Positions 12,510-23,342 of a DNA stretch of 64,000 nt are shown here, one piece after another (the first letter of the stretch is position 1; the number at the start of each line of letters is the position of its first letter). Source of the DNA: Macrostomum lignano (lineage: Eukaryota); assembly GCA_002269645.1 (NCBI GenBank), contig NIVC01001199.1, positions 62,001 through 126,000 of the forward strand. The letters run 5' to 3'. The notes below the pieces were generated by a model. The model worked only from the letters and a program-made list of their open reading frames with translations. It was not told the origin of the DNA and made no database searches. The translations under genes and the position numbers were made by a program.

Positions 12510-13838
12510 CTAAAGCAAAAACTTGCCAACCACAAGGCCCAGCACCATGGCCAGGACTAGGAACAGAGCCGGCGGCACCAGCGGGCCTCTGGCCGTGGCC
12601 ACGGCAGTTGAACCTGACGCCGACGAGACATTGGCAGATCCCGACGGAGAGCTGGGCGGCGACGGCCGCATGGCCAGCTTGCGCAGACGGAGATCCTGCA
12701 AGAGAGATGGTTGTTAATTTTAACTGGCCAGTTATGCACACCTCTCGTAATGCTTATGACTAATTAGGGGTAAGCGTCATAGAAAGTACGCGATGCACTT
12801 TTGGAGATTGTAGCCTAGGCGAGGGGCCCAGCCAAGGTAAGTCGCAAAAATGCCTATCCGAAAAAATACAGACGTAGTACTAATTAGATGACGAGGCATT
12901 TAGTCTTAATAGGACAGTCATTGATACTCCTGCTGTTTACCAAAATTTGCGTTAATTTTGCTTTTAAGTTTTTCACAGGTAAGTCGAATTTTTGGTAAAA
13001 AATTAAGTCGCACGGCCAGTGTAAATCTGGGAGGCTGTGCATGTATGGGTAGGAGCTTTGAACTCATTATTGAAAGCATCTCGCATTTATAACAACTCTG
13101 GTTAGTCTACTTGAGTGGGTAGAAAGTTAAACGATAACAAAACGACTCTTGGACGACTTTATCATGTACGTTCAAACGTACTTTAGAAGTACGCGAGGTA
13201 CTTTTTAAAGTACGGAAAGTTTTTCAATTACACAAAGCACTTTTCAAGACTTTGTACTTTTACAAACAAAAACAGGGTCTCACTTGTTCCGCTAGCCGAG
13301 AGTTTTCATCGCGCAGTCGCTGCAACTCCTGCTGCATTTCGTGCGCGTTTTTCGGCAAATCCGAAGGCGCCGAATTGGCCGCCGCTGGCCCCGGTTGATT
13401 GGGCGACGGCGCAGAAGCGTTGGCGACTCCGTCGGCTTCAATTTGTACAACGCGCAGCTTGGAGTCCATCAGCTTGTCGGACGAAGCCGAACGCCAGGCC
13501 TCGTCAAGAGCGGCGCCAGCCAGATTAGGAGGCGTCCTGGCTGGCATTAGCAGGCTCTGCACCATGAATTTGTGCCGGGAGCGCTGCTCGGCTGTGTCGG
13601 ACTGATCGCCAGCGCTTGGCTGCAGCATGACGGCGACTTCGACCTCGCCGCCGGCCTGAATCAGGCCGCTATTTGGCCGGACGCAGTACCGTTTCGGAGC
13701 GGTTGTCTTCACTTTAAAGGCCACGGGCTGGTCGGCAACGGGATTGCTAAGTCGCAGAGTGGTGGTGACCACCCGGTCGAATGGGCCGCGGAACACCAAC
13801 TCGGAATCTGGCTTCAGGCTTAGGATCTGGCTAGGCAT
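12510..13838 (-). CDS. VAPA/VAPB: VAMP-associated protein (MSP domain, coiled coil, C-terminal TM); exons 13838-13284 and 12695-12510, 246 aa
   Basis: MSP signature FRGPFDRVVTTTLRLSNP...FKVKTTAPKRYCVRPNSG...HKFMVQS...LMDSKLR. Donor CAA|gtgag at 13284 and acceptor tgcag|GAT at 12695 join EQ-DLRLRK, followed by the tail-anchor ALFLVLAMVLGLVVGKFLL*. Confidence 0.96.
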
Positions 13839-14039
13839 AGCGGCTGGCTAAGGCTGGGTGAAGCAATATAATTACACACTTTTCAGGTGAGAAGAGATGG
13901 AACAGCTAATTGGCTGAAACGGATTCATTAACACAATTGTCAGCAGGTTAGTAGTGACCGCCCTGGCGTCGCTGGAGTTGGGAGTTCCTCATTTCTCAAT
14001 GACATCGGATTTCTAAGCCCAACACTGCAAGTACTTAAC

Positions 14040-14330
14040 AAGCTTCAGATCCTAAAAGGACAGATCCCCAGCTTCAGATCCTAAAAGGACAGATCCCCAG
14101 CTTCAGATCCTAAAAGGACAGATCCCCAGCTTCAGACCCGAAAACTCCAGATTCAAAGAAGAGTCTAGATTCTCAAATGAAAGATCCTCAAAATCCCAAA
14201 ACTTAAAATCCTACAAGTTTAGATCCCTAAAGTTCAGATCCTCTAAGCTCAGATCCTCATCTTCAGGCCCTCTAAGCTCAGATCCCTTAAATTTCAGACC
14301 CTAAAGTTTAGATCATTAACTTCAGATCCT
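14040..14330. repeat. 29-bp tandem repeat (CAGATCCTAAAAGGACAGATCCCCAGCTT, about 3 copies) decaying into TTCAGATCC-type subrepeats
   Basis: Three exact units at 14046-14135, then degenerate copies. Confidence 0.8.
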
Positions 14331-15129
14331 TAAACTATTTCATTATCTTACCACTTTAGTAGAGAAACTGAGCCAGTCAAAACAAACACCAACACGTACT
14401 CAAAAGATGGTCATAAAAGCAGAAATATTTGAATTTCTTATAAAGCCTTAATAAATTCCAGGTAAAACAGAGTACCGGGTTGCAGAGATGAGTTCAAGTA
14501 TTATGAAGGTAGTTTGAAGATAGCTAGCATTACATCATATCCTATTCTATTAGAGTCATAATTTAAGTTTACGACAAAGTAATTCCTGTACTTTATATCC
14601 GCGTGGCCATAGACAACTTTTAAAACTTGAGGATACGACGACAGATTACAATTACAATATGATTATTATACAGATATTGCTATGAAAACCATGTTCTCTA
14701 ATAAGACTAAATGCCATATTTGGAAGCTTCGAGGATTACGTAAGCTACTATTAATTCCACAAAAAATGATTTCGCATCGCATTCTAATTGAATGCCGGAA
14801 AACATTAAGGTACATTATGTAAAAAAAGATTAGTTTTGCGAGAACCAACTTTTGAAACTTAAACTTAAGACAAAAACTTTACAGCCAACGATTAAAACAG
14901 ACAGACAAACAGTTTAAGAGGAAATTAACTTTTCACACCGGAAATCTTATCTACTCTTTTTCAGTAGAAAAATTAGCGCTCTCATTTTACTTTATAATAG
15001 TAAATAATCTATTTAACTGTACAAGAATTAGCATTTTCCCTGTTTGAAGCTGCAAAAGAAAAGGGATGGCGCCCCAACCCCCAGCAAGGCCGATAAACAG
15101 TTGACTTTCCTCTTGCCCGCTTGTGTCTG

Positions 15130-15510
15130 ACTTTGGCCTCTCTCCATACTGCTCTCTAATTGGCTGAGCTAGATTGGGCCTGCACCCTAGACTTGGTTTC
15201 GTCCGTCTGAATTCGACCTCTCTCCTTACTGCTCTCTGATTGGCTGAGCTAGATTGGGCCTGCACCCTAGACTTGGTTTCGTCCGTCTGAATTTGACCTC
15301 TCTCTTTACTGCTCTCTGATTGGCTGAGCTAGATTGGGCCTGCCCCCTAGACTTGGTTTCGTCCGTCTGAATTCGACCTCTCTCCTTACTGCTCTCTGAT
15401 TGGCTGAGCTAGATTGGGCCTGCCCCCTAGACTTGGTTTCGTCCGTCTGAATTCGACCTCTCTCCTTACTGCTCTCTGATTGGCTGAGCTAGATTGGACC
15501 TGCACCCTAG
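15130..15510. repeat. 80-bp tandem repeat, about 4.7 copies, each carrying a CCAAT box (AGCCAATCAG on the minus strand)
   Basis: CTGCTCTCT(G/A)ATTGGCTGAG at 15149, 15229, 15309, 15389 and 15469. Confidence 0.92.
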
Positions 15511-15854
15511 GCTGAGTTTCGTCTGTGTAGTTTCGAGTGCAGTTCTGTGGCAGGGGCTGTGCAGCTGCAGCGAACGGGGAGTCTCCACTTGATGGATTTG
15601 ATCTTCAACTTGACTGAAAAAGCAATACGCTCGTAAGTTTTCTTTCATACATTGGCTTTAACCTTTTTAAACTTTTTTGTTGGCAATTGAGATACTATTC
15701 GATCAAGTCGTCCTATATGGTCAAGAGAAGCAACAAAACTGCTACCTCGGGTTTAAATTTAACAATTAAAGTAATTATGAATAAAAACCGTTTACCAAAA
15801 TGTTTGCAAAGGGTAGCAAAATACGCAAACGTAATCGGCGACTTTAGCATCTCT

Positions 15855-18800
15855 TTACGTGTCAGCCAAATGGAAGTCGCTGGGGTCCATCTCGCCATTC
15901 TTGCTAGCCCAATGGCCACGATTACAAGAGGCCAGCTCGTCGAACACGACCCGCTTACACTGGGCATAGTCGGCGCATTTCAATGCTCGCAAGCTGACAC
16001 TGTTCAAGTCTAAATATTCACCATCGGCTAATAATCTGCTTTGGATTCGAGCATTAATCCGTTTGGCAACCGGCACCGAGGCTGATTTGTTGGCAATCTC
16101 TTCAGCCAGTTTGACTATTCGCGACAAAGCGGCTCGCTTCGACAGTCTGGAGACTCCGCCACCGTCTAGACTGTCGGTGTCGGGCAGCTGGCGCTCAGCC
16201 GGGGTGACATTCTGCGATCGGCGAATATTTTTCTTACCCTGCGGCCCGTCAATCACTTCGGCTGTGCCGGCACTGCCGTCTACTGGCCGATACCAATTGA
16301 TTGACAGCACGGCGGTGTCGGGATCGGTCGAGCCGAGGCGCAGAGGGTCGCTGGTGCGGCCCAGCCAGGGATCGGCCACGAGCTGGTAGGCTGGGGAGGC
16401 CAAGCGATGCCGGAGACGGGGCAGGCGGCAGAGGAAGCCGCGGGCCATGTTGGCGTGACTGTAGCGACCGGCCACGTCTACGGACTGGGGTCGGGGCGGG
16501 TGACAGACGTTTGTGAATGGACTGTAAAATTGGTGAATCTATTTGTGAACAGATTTGTGACCACTTGTGAACAGAATGGATATTTAGATGGTGAACAGAA
16601 GGGCTATTTGGTGAACAGAATGACTAGTTGGTGAACAGAATGGCTGCTTGGTGAACAGAATGGCTGCTTGGTGAACAGAATGGCTGCTTGGTGAACGGAG
16701 TGACTACTTGGTGAACGGAATGGCTGCTTGGTGAACAGAATGGCTGCTTGGTGAACAGAATGGCTGCTTGGTGAACGGAATGGCTGCTTGGTGAACAGAG
16801 TGACTACTTGGTGAACAGAATGGCTGCTTGGTGAACGGAGTGACTACTTGGTGAACAGAATGGCTGCTTGGTGAACAGAATGGCTGCTTGGTGAACGGAG
16901 TGACTACTTGGTGAACAGAATGGCTGCTTGGTGAACAGAATGGCTGCTTGGTGAACAGAATGGCTGCTTGGTGAACAGAATGGCGGCTTGGTGAACGGAA
17001 TGGCTACTTGGTGAACGGAATGGCTGCTTGGTGAACAGAATGGCTATTTGGTGAACACAATAGCTAGTTGGTGAACATAATAATAGCTAGTTGGTGAACC
17101 AATTGGTGAGTTTGCGAGTTGAAAACTTATGCAACCAACAAGGCAAAAGCAAACCAACTGACCTGCAGAAACACTGGCTCAATGAAATTCGCAAGCAGGC
17201 CGCCCTACAGGCCAACATAGTTGCATAGCAGCAGCTTGTCGGAGCCGCAGTGCACAGCCAGACTGTTAGGATCTTCAGCCTCCTCTAAGCCGAATGTGCG
17301 CACCATTGAGCAATCGTACTTTTCGTAGCAGGCCAGCGAACCGTAACGAGACAGGTCCGGCTCCAGGACGCCGCATCTAAGGAGCGAATTATGAGGAGTG
17401 TGGTACTGAATAGGGATTTGTAAACAGCGGGATACTGAAATGGGGATTTTTACAGAGTGGGAACTGAAATAGATTTTAAGAGAATGGGATACTGAAGTGG
17501 GAATTTTTAAGACTAAAACACTGAAATGGGATTTTAAGAGAGTAGGATACTGAAATGGGATTATAAGAGAGTGGGATATTGAGATGGGATGTTGAGAGAG
17601 TGGGATACTGAAATGGGAATTTTAGAGAGTGCGATACTGACATACGGATTTGAAAGAATGGAAAACAATTTTTGATTTCAAAGATTTGGAGTAAAATTGA
17701 GCATTGAAAGGCGCCCTACTTACTTATCGCGAAGTAGTTCCTCTTGCGAGTGCCGTCCGAGCGGGTCGCCGCCAATCGCTCCGGCGGAGTCGCCGCCGCT
17801 GTCACCTGCGGAACAGTCGCCATCAGGCGGCGAGCTGAGCAGCAGGTGCAAAGCCAGGCCGGGTTTCAAGCGCAGCCGGTCGTCGCGATTATTTGGCTCC
17901 AACCAGCGGCCCTGGCCGGAGAAGTAGGCCGACACCTCCTGGGCTAAGCGAATGCGAAAGGCCCGCTTGGCGCACACAAAAGCGGTGCTGTCAATCACGA
18001 GCTCGCCGTAGGAGTTGTATATGTGCTCCAGCCAGTGATCGTTGACGCTGGAGCCCGTGCCCAGGGCGACCAGCTGCACTGCTGAGGATTTTTCAGGGTT
18101 TCAGTTCTACTGCACTTTGCTTTTATCTGGGATTGTTTAGTCTGCGGATTTGGGATAGCGTGGCCCAGCAACTGAGGGTCTAGAAGGTTGGCCCAGCAAC
18201 TGGGGATCTGGGAGGCTGGCCCAGCAACTAAGGATCTGGGAGGCTGGCCCAGCAACTAAGGATCTGGGAGGGTGGCCCAGCAACTAAGGATCTGGGAGGC
18301 TGGCCAAGCAACTGAGGATCTGGGAGGCTAACCCAGCAACTGGGGATCTGGGAGGCTGGCCCAGCCACTGAGGATCTAGGTTGGCCCAGCAACTGGGGAT
18401 CTGGGAGGCTGGCCCAGCAACTAAGGATTTGGGAGGCTGGCCCAGCAACTAAGGATCTGGGAGGCTGGCCCAGCAACTGAGGATCTGGAAGACTGGCGGT
18501 GGTGGCCTTGCAAGTAGGAATCTGAGAGGGTTTCTAAGAAGGCATCTGGTAAACAGACTCTATAAGCATGGCAATACCCACGGTAAAAGTGGAACCTTAA
18601 ACTAAAAAGCGACTCACTAGGCTCCGACTGTGGCAATCGCGAATCGGACAAGAATATCGCGGCCACTTTGTCGACGCCGCCAATTTTGACATCACGAAGC
18701 AGAGCGTCCAGCTGCTTCTTGCACTGATCGGCGTAGCGATCGCCAGGGAGAGCGCCAGAGGCGGCATGCACGGTCATTGAGGCCAAGGACGCGGCCGGAG

Positions 18801-20558
18801 AGGCCGAGCGATCCGCGTAGCCGCCGCCGCCACCGCTGCCACGGGCGATTACATTTAAAGCTAGCCTGGCTGCCTCCTCCTTGGCCTTCTGCTTGGACTT
18901 GGCCTCGCCCGCTTCGTACTCGCTTGGCACTCCGTCAATTGTTAAAATAGCTAAATATGCAAAATTTCCGCCCACCTGAACAGTTGTAGGGTTTGGGTAG
19001 GCCAGTGTGAAGGAACGCGGAGAGCTGCGAGATATGCGGGAATTCGGGGAAAGGAATGCGGGACTTTGGGGGAAAGGAATGCGGGACTTTGGGGGAAAGG
19101 AATGCGGGACTTTGGGGGAAAGGAATGCGGGACTTTGGGGGAAAGGAATGCGGGACTTTGGGGGAAAGGAATGCGGGACTTTGGGGGAAAGGAATGCGGG
19201 ACTTTGGGGGAAAGGAATGCGGGACTTTGGGGGAAAGGAATGTGGGACTTCGGGGGAAAGGAATGTGGGACTTCGGGAAAAGGAATGCGGGACTTCAGGC
19301 TCAGGGAAAGGAATGTGGAAATCGGAGGAAAGGGATGGGAGACTACAGGGAAAAGGGAATACGGGACTTCAGGCTCGGGAAAAGGAGATCCGGGACTTTG
19401 GGGAAAGAGGGATGTGGAACTTCGGGGAAAAGGAATGCGGGACTTCAGGGAAAAGGAATGTAGGACTTCAGGGAAAAGGAATGCGGGACTTCAGGGAAAA
19501 GGAATGTAGGACTTCAGGGAAAAGGAATGCGGGACTTCAGGGAAAAGGAATGCGGGACTTCAGGGAAAAGGAATGCGGGACTTCAGGGAAAAGGAATGCG
19601 GGACTTCAGGGAAAAGGAATGTAGGACTTCAGGGAAAAGGAATGCGGGACTTCAGGGAAAAGGAATGCGGGACTTCAGGGAAAAGGAATGTAGGACTTCA
19701 AGATTGGGGAAAATGAGATCCTAAACTTTGGGGAAAGGGGGATGCGGAACTTCGGGGAAATGGGGGGGGGCGGCGTAACTTCGGGAAAAGGGGATTGCGG
19801 GACTTCGGGGAAAACGGGGATGTGGGACTTCAGGGAAAACGAGGATGTGGAACTTCAGGGAAATGGGAAACGGGCCCAGAATTGGGAATGGGAAGCGCAG
19901 CAGAAATACATTAATTAAACAAAGAATTAAAACAGCATACCCTAGGCGCCGTAGGCCTATACTCAATGCTGCCTCGCATGGCAACCGTATACTCATTAAG
20001 AATCTGATGCGGCAATTTCTGCGATCTGCCATTAATAAAGGTGCGCAGCATCTCTTGAGCAGAATCCGATTTGGCCACATTGGCGTACCGAGGCATGCCG
20101 TGGGCCCGGTCGGTGGCATCCAGGCTCGGCATTAGGCGCACATTTCCTGACCGCTCCGATTGGGTGCGGCGATCGATGTACGGCTCCTGACTAGCGGCAG
20201 CAGGGCCAGGAGCAGCGGCAAACCCAGATGGAGCCGGGGTGACCTGACTATACTGCACCGGTTGCGGCTGCCTCTGCTGGCTAGCCAGTCTGTCTCCAGC
20301 CTCGCCGCCAAGCGCAGGAAAATCGGCATCGTCAGCTTGAAACTCTTGAGCCGGTTGGTTCGGCGCCAATAAGCCGAGGCTCTGCATCCGACTGCTCAGC
20401 GTCACGTGCGAATTCATTGGCAAGTTGAACACTTTTTTAATATGATTTTTTGATCCCAAATGCGCCTCGTACTGCGGCCAGGCCGGTATCTGGCCGGATC
20501 GGCATACCTGGCACATGTAGGGCGGACCCTCGGATTGCAGCATGTCCTGGGTAGGCAT
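15855..20558 (-). CDS. ADAD/ADAR-like protein: U1/matrin-type C2H2 zinc finger + dsRBD + catalytically degenerate adenosine deaminase (editase) domain. Exons 20558-19941, 18975-18618, 18081-17724, 17376-17163, 16484-15855. In-frame TAG at 17207-17205 (725 aa if read through, 501 aa if not; may be a pseudogene or null allele)
   Basis: Zinc finger CQVC...YEAHLGSKNH. The dsRBD KLPHQILNEY...IEYRPTAPR|VGGNFAYLAILTIDG...GEAKSKQKAKEEAARLAL is split across exons 1-2. Deaminase motifs LVALGTG, IDSTAFVCAKRAF, HLLLSSPPDGD, GSDKL...GL*GGLL..FIEPVFL, SINW, SRLSK, DYAQCK and GHWASKN align with ADAR2 (STGTK, NDCHAEIISRRSL, HLYISTSPCGD, CSDKI...GIQGSLL..FVEPIY, SVNW, SRLCK, EYQAAK, GAWVEKP). All introns are GT-AG with matching phases. 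The start ATG at 20558 is inferred. Confidence 0.88.
16590..17095. repeat. 20-bp minisatellite (GGTGAACAGAATGGCTGCTT) in ADAD-like intron 4
   Basis: Period of 20 read directly, about 25 copies. Confidence 0.95.
17410..17660. repeat. Degenerate ~28-bp repeat (GGGATACTGAAATGGGATTTT...AGAGT) in ADAD-like intron 3
   Basis: Recurring GGATACTGAAATGGG motif. Confidence 0.7.
18155..18490. repeat. 28-bp minisatellite (GGCCCAGCAACTAAGGATCTGGGAGGCT) in ADAD-like intron 2
   Basis: Period 28 (GGCCC at 18246 and 18274). Confidence 0.93.
19035..19860. repeat. 23-bp G-rich minisatellite (GGGGGAAAGGAATGCGGGACTTT / CAGGGAAAAGGAATGCGGGACTT) in ADAD-like intron 1
   Basis: Period 23 (GCGGGAC at 19081 and 19104); two subtypes arranged in blocks. 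Confidence 0.93.
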
Positions 20559-23342
20559 TTCTTTATGCTGGCAATTGATCTGCCGATACAAATACAATAA
20601 TATTACTGTAAGTAGTGCGATTTCAACCGAAACTGATCAGTGGCATAAAAATTAAAATTAATTCACTGATGCAAAATTTTAATAGAGAAAATTGATACAC
20701 GTTATAAGCAAAGCCATTGCAATCGCCCTAGAATGGAAAGAAAGCATTTTTCATAAATTCAACTTGACAGTTGAAGTGTATGACTAGCTATAAAACTCAG
20801 TCTCACCCACAGAGAATAAGGCAACCACTGTTTAAAGCTTATGGTTTTATAAACTCTAAATTCAAAAAAATGATTAACTAAAAATACAAAAATTATAATA
20901 GATAGGAAAATAAGTATGTAAAATTAATATTACCAAAATATAATAACCAATTAGAATTTAATATCCTAGACCCTATTTAATAAAGAGTATAAAAAGATAC
21001 TTATGATTTTCTATTAGCTTTCATTTTTCTTAATTTCCATAATTGAAATCAACTTGTAATAATATTCAATGACATTTATCAGCCTGTCATTCACTAAATA
21101 CAGCTAATAAAATGATACAATTAATGAACATTAAAAGCCTCAAATTTTTAATAAGTTTTAATATGAGTATTTTCACTTTCATTTCAGGGGGCTAAAGCTC
21201 TAAAGTCCCTAGCATTGGGGATTTAAATAACAGAGTTTCAACACCATGTGCACATTGGGGTTGGGTGGTGGGGCTTAAGTTAAAATGAATGTTATTGCTT
21301 TCAATGTGAAGGGAGCTCTTAAGTCCCTAGAATTGGGAACTCAAGCAACAAAGACAGAAATGTTTGACACTACATTTAGAGATTGCTAGATTGCAAATGA
21401 GGCTTCTTGGAAATCAACTGTTGAGTAGGCTATCAGCCTCAAAGAAGATCTTGCATGGTAATAATTGGATACTTTTTTACTTTAGTTACTTAAACAATGA
21501 GAAAATATGTCAGGAGAGAGAAGAGAGAAGGAAGAGAGGAGAAGGAGAAAGAAGACAGAGAAAGAAGAGAGAAAGGGAAATAAGAGAGGATTAGAGAGGG
21601 GATAGAAGGAAAGAGAGAGAGAAGAGAAAATGAGGCAGAAAAGGAGAATCTCACCAATAGCCTGTGCAATCTCTGCAGCTTGAGCAGCAGCATTTTGTAT
21701 AGCAGCTCAGGGTAGAAGGCCAAGCACTATACAATGATTACTTTATTCACTTACTATACTATAGGTTTGATATTGGCAATCCTCTACTTATGCACATTTA
21801 ATTATTTTGGAATTTTTAACTAATTTTGAACAAAGTTTTAATAGTCTAAAAAGTTTCACAATTTAGGGTTAAGGTTAGGGTTATGATTAGCAATCTCTTA
21901 GAATCCCAGTCCTTCCTACCTTAGTCCCTTTTTAAAAAATGGAGCAATTGCAGAACATTGTTTTTTTTTAAAAATAGCGTCCTAATTAAATGTGCAAACA
22001 TAGGCATAAGAATGTTTCAAAAAGCACAAGGCACATGCCCCTGTTAAGTTAGATTTTTTTATATAGAAAATGCACATTATCATATACCAATTATTTTCAG
22101 AATCCTTGTTAGTACCCATTTTAGAAAGTGCCATAAGCACTCATTTTGGCGCTGCAGGCACTTATTTTAGTGCTGCAGGCATTCATTTTGGCGCTGCAGG
22201 CGCTACGTTTTGTTGCCCTGAAGCAAAATGCATTTATGCAAAGTAGCAAAAACCAAAAAAGGAAGAAGTCTATATTTTACATTTAAAATATAGAGGGGCC
22301 AGCCTTGGCCAGATACCATTACTGGCCCCCTCATTTTAAAAAGTGAAAGGGCTGTGGCCCCATTGGCCCCCTGTTCCTACACTGGCATTCTTTCATTTTA
22401 TAATCACCTAGCACTGACCCTATGGGAGTCGGGACTTTTGTTATACGATCCCAGCCCATAGAGAACAGAAAATTGCTCTTAAAATCAAATTTCAAAATGG
22501 GACCACTTTTAAGCATATCATTTTTAAAACATAAAATCTAGTGTCTTATAGAAGTTAGAAGCTAGTCACTTTCACTTTCGTTATGTACTAGTGCTATGCC
22601 TTTATAATAGTATACTCGAATGTTCTTTCAATGTAATAACAGTATATTCAAATCTTTCTTAGAAACTGAATCTATGCGAACGCCAAATAATAGTTTGTTT
22701 TAATGCGCGAAATAAATTGGAGAATTATTTTTTGTTTTAATCGTATGGGGGGGAAATCACTATATATAGGAGCGGTTTTGCGACAAATATACTCCAACTG
22801 TCTTTTACCCGTGAGCAAATAATTGCGAACAGAATAAGCAGTTCAATCTAAACCATTTCAAAGTCTTTGAGCTAAATAGCGACTTATTCATTTGCAAAAC
22901 CTATGAAACGATTCTAAGAAATTTGCTAAGAGAAGGGAATTGGGACTAATTCCTGGAGATATACTAAGAGAGGGCGAGGCGCCGTGACCCTCTAGTCTCG
23001 GTGAACGCCCGATTAGGACTATTCACTAATACATATATCAGTACTAGACCGCTCAGGCCATAAGCTACCAGAACGCTACCAGAAAGCAGGCCATAAGCTA
23101 CCAGAACGCTACCAGAAACGCTACGCTACCCAGAAATATTTAAATGAAATTCTAAGAAATAGTTAGGGAGTAAAAACAAGTATAATCAGGATAACTGTAG
23201 TTGGCAAACAGAAATATCCCCTGTTACAACTTGGTGGCAATAGAGGGATAATTTGTAGGGACAGAAGTAAGCCTTGTCACAACTTTGGTTACAGCGGTAG
23301 GATTTTGTACCGTACGGGAATACCCCTACGACAGTTAGGCCT

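Noticed and set aside
16590-17215. Intron-4 20-mer as an editing-complementary sequence for the amber codon
   Set aside because: Only about 7-9 nt of complementarity (CAAGCAG versus CTGCTTG) and it does not cover the UAG; consistent with chance.
20310-20380. PAM2 motif in the ADAD-like N-terminus (QPAQEFQA...DFPALGG)
   Set aside because: It lacks the L and terminal P of the PAM2 consensus; too weak to call.
21364-21723. Short ORFs upstream of the ADAD-like gene as extra exons
   Set aside because: No homology or convincing splice pairing; partly AG-rich low-complexity sequence.
21860-21892. Telomere-like TTAGGG run
   Set aside because: Only 2-3 imperfect hexamers.
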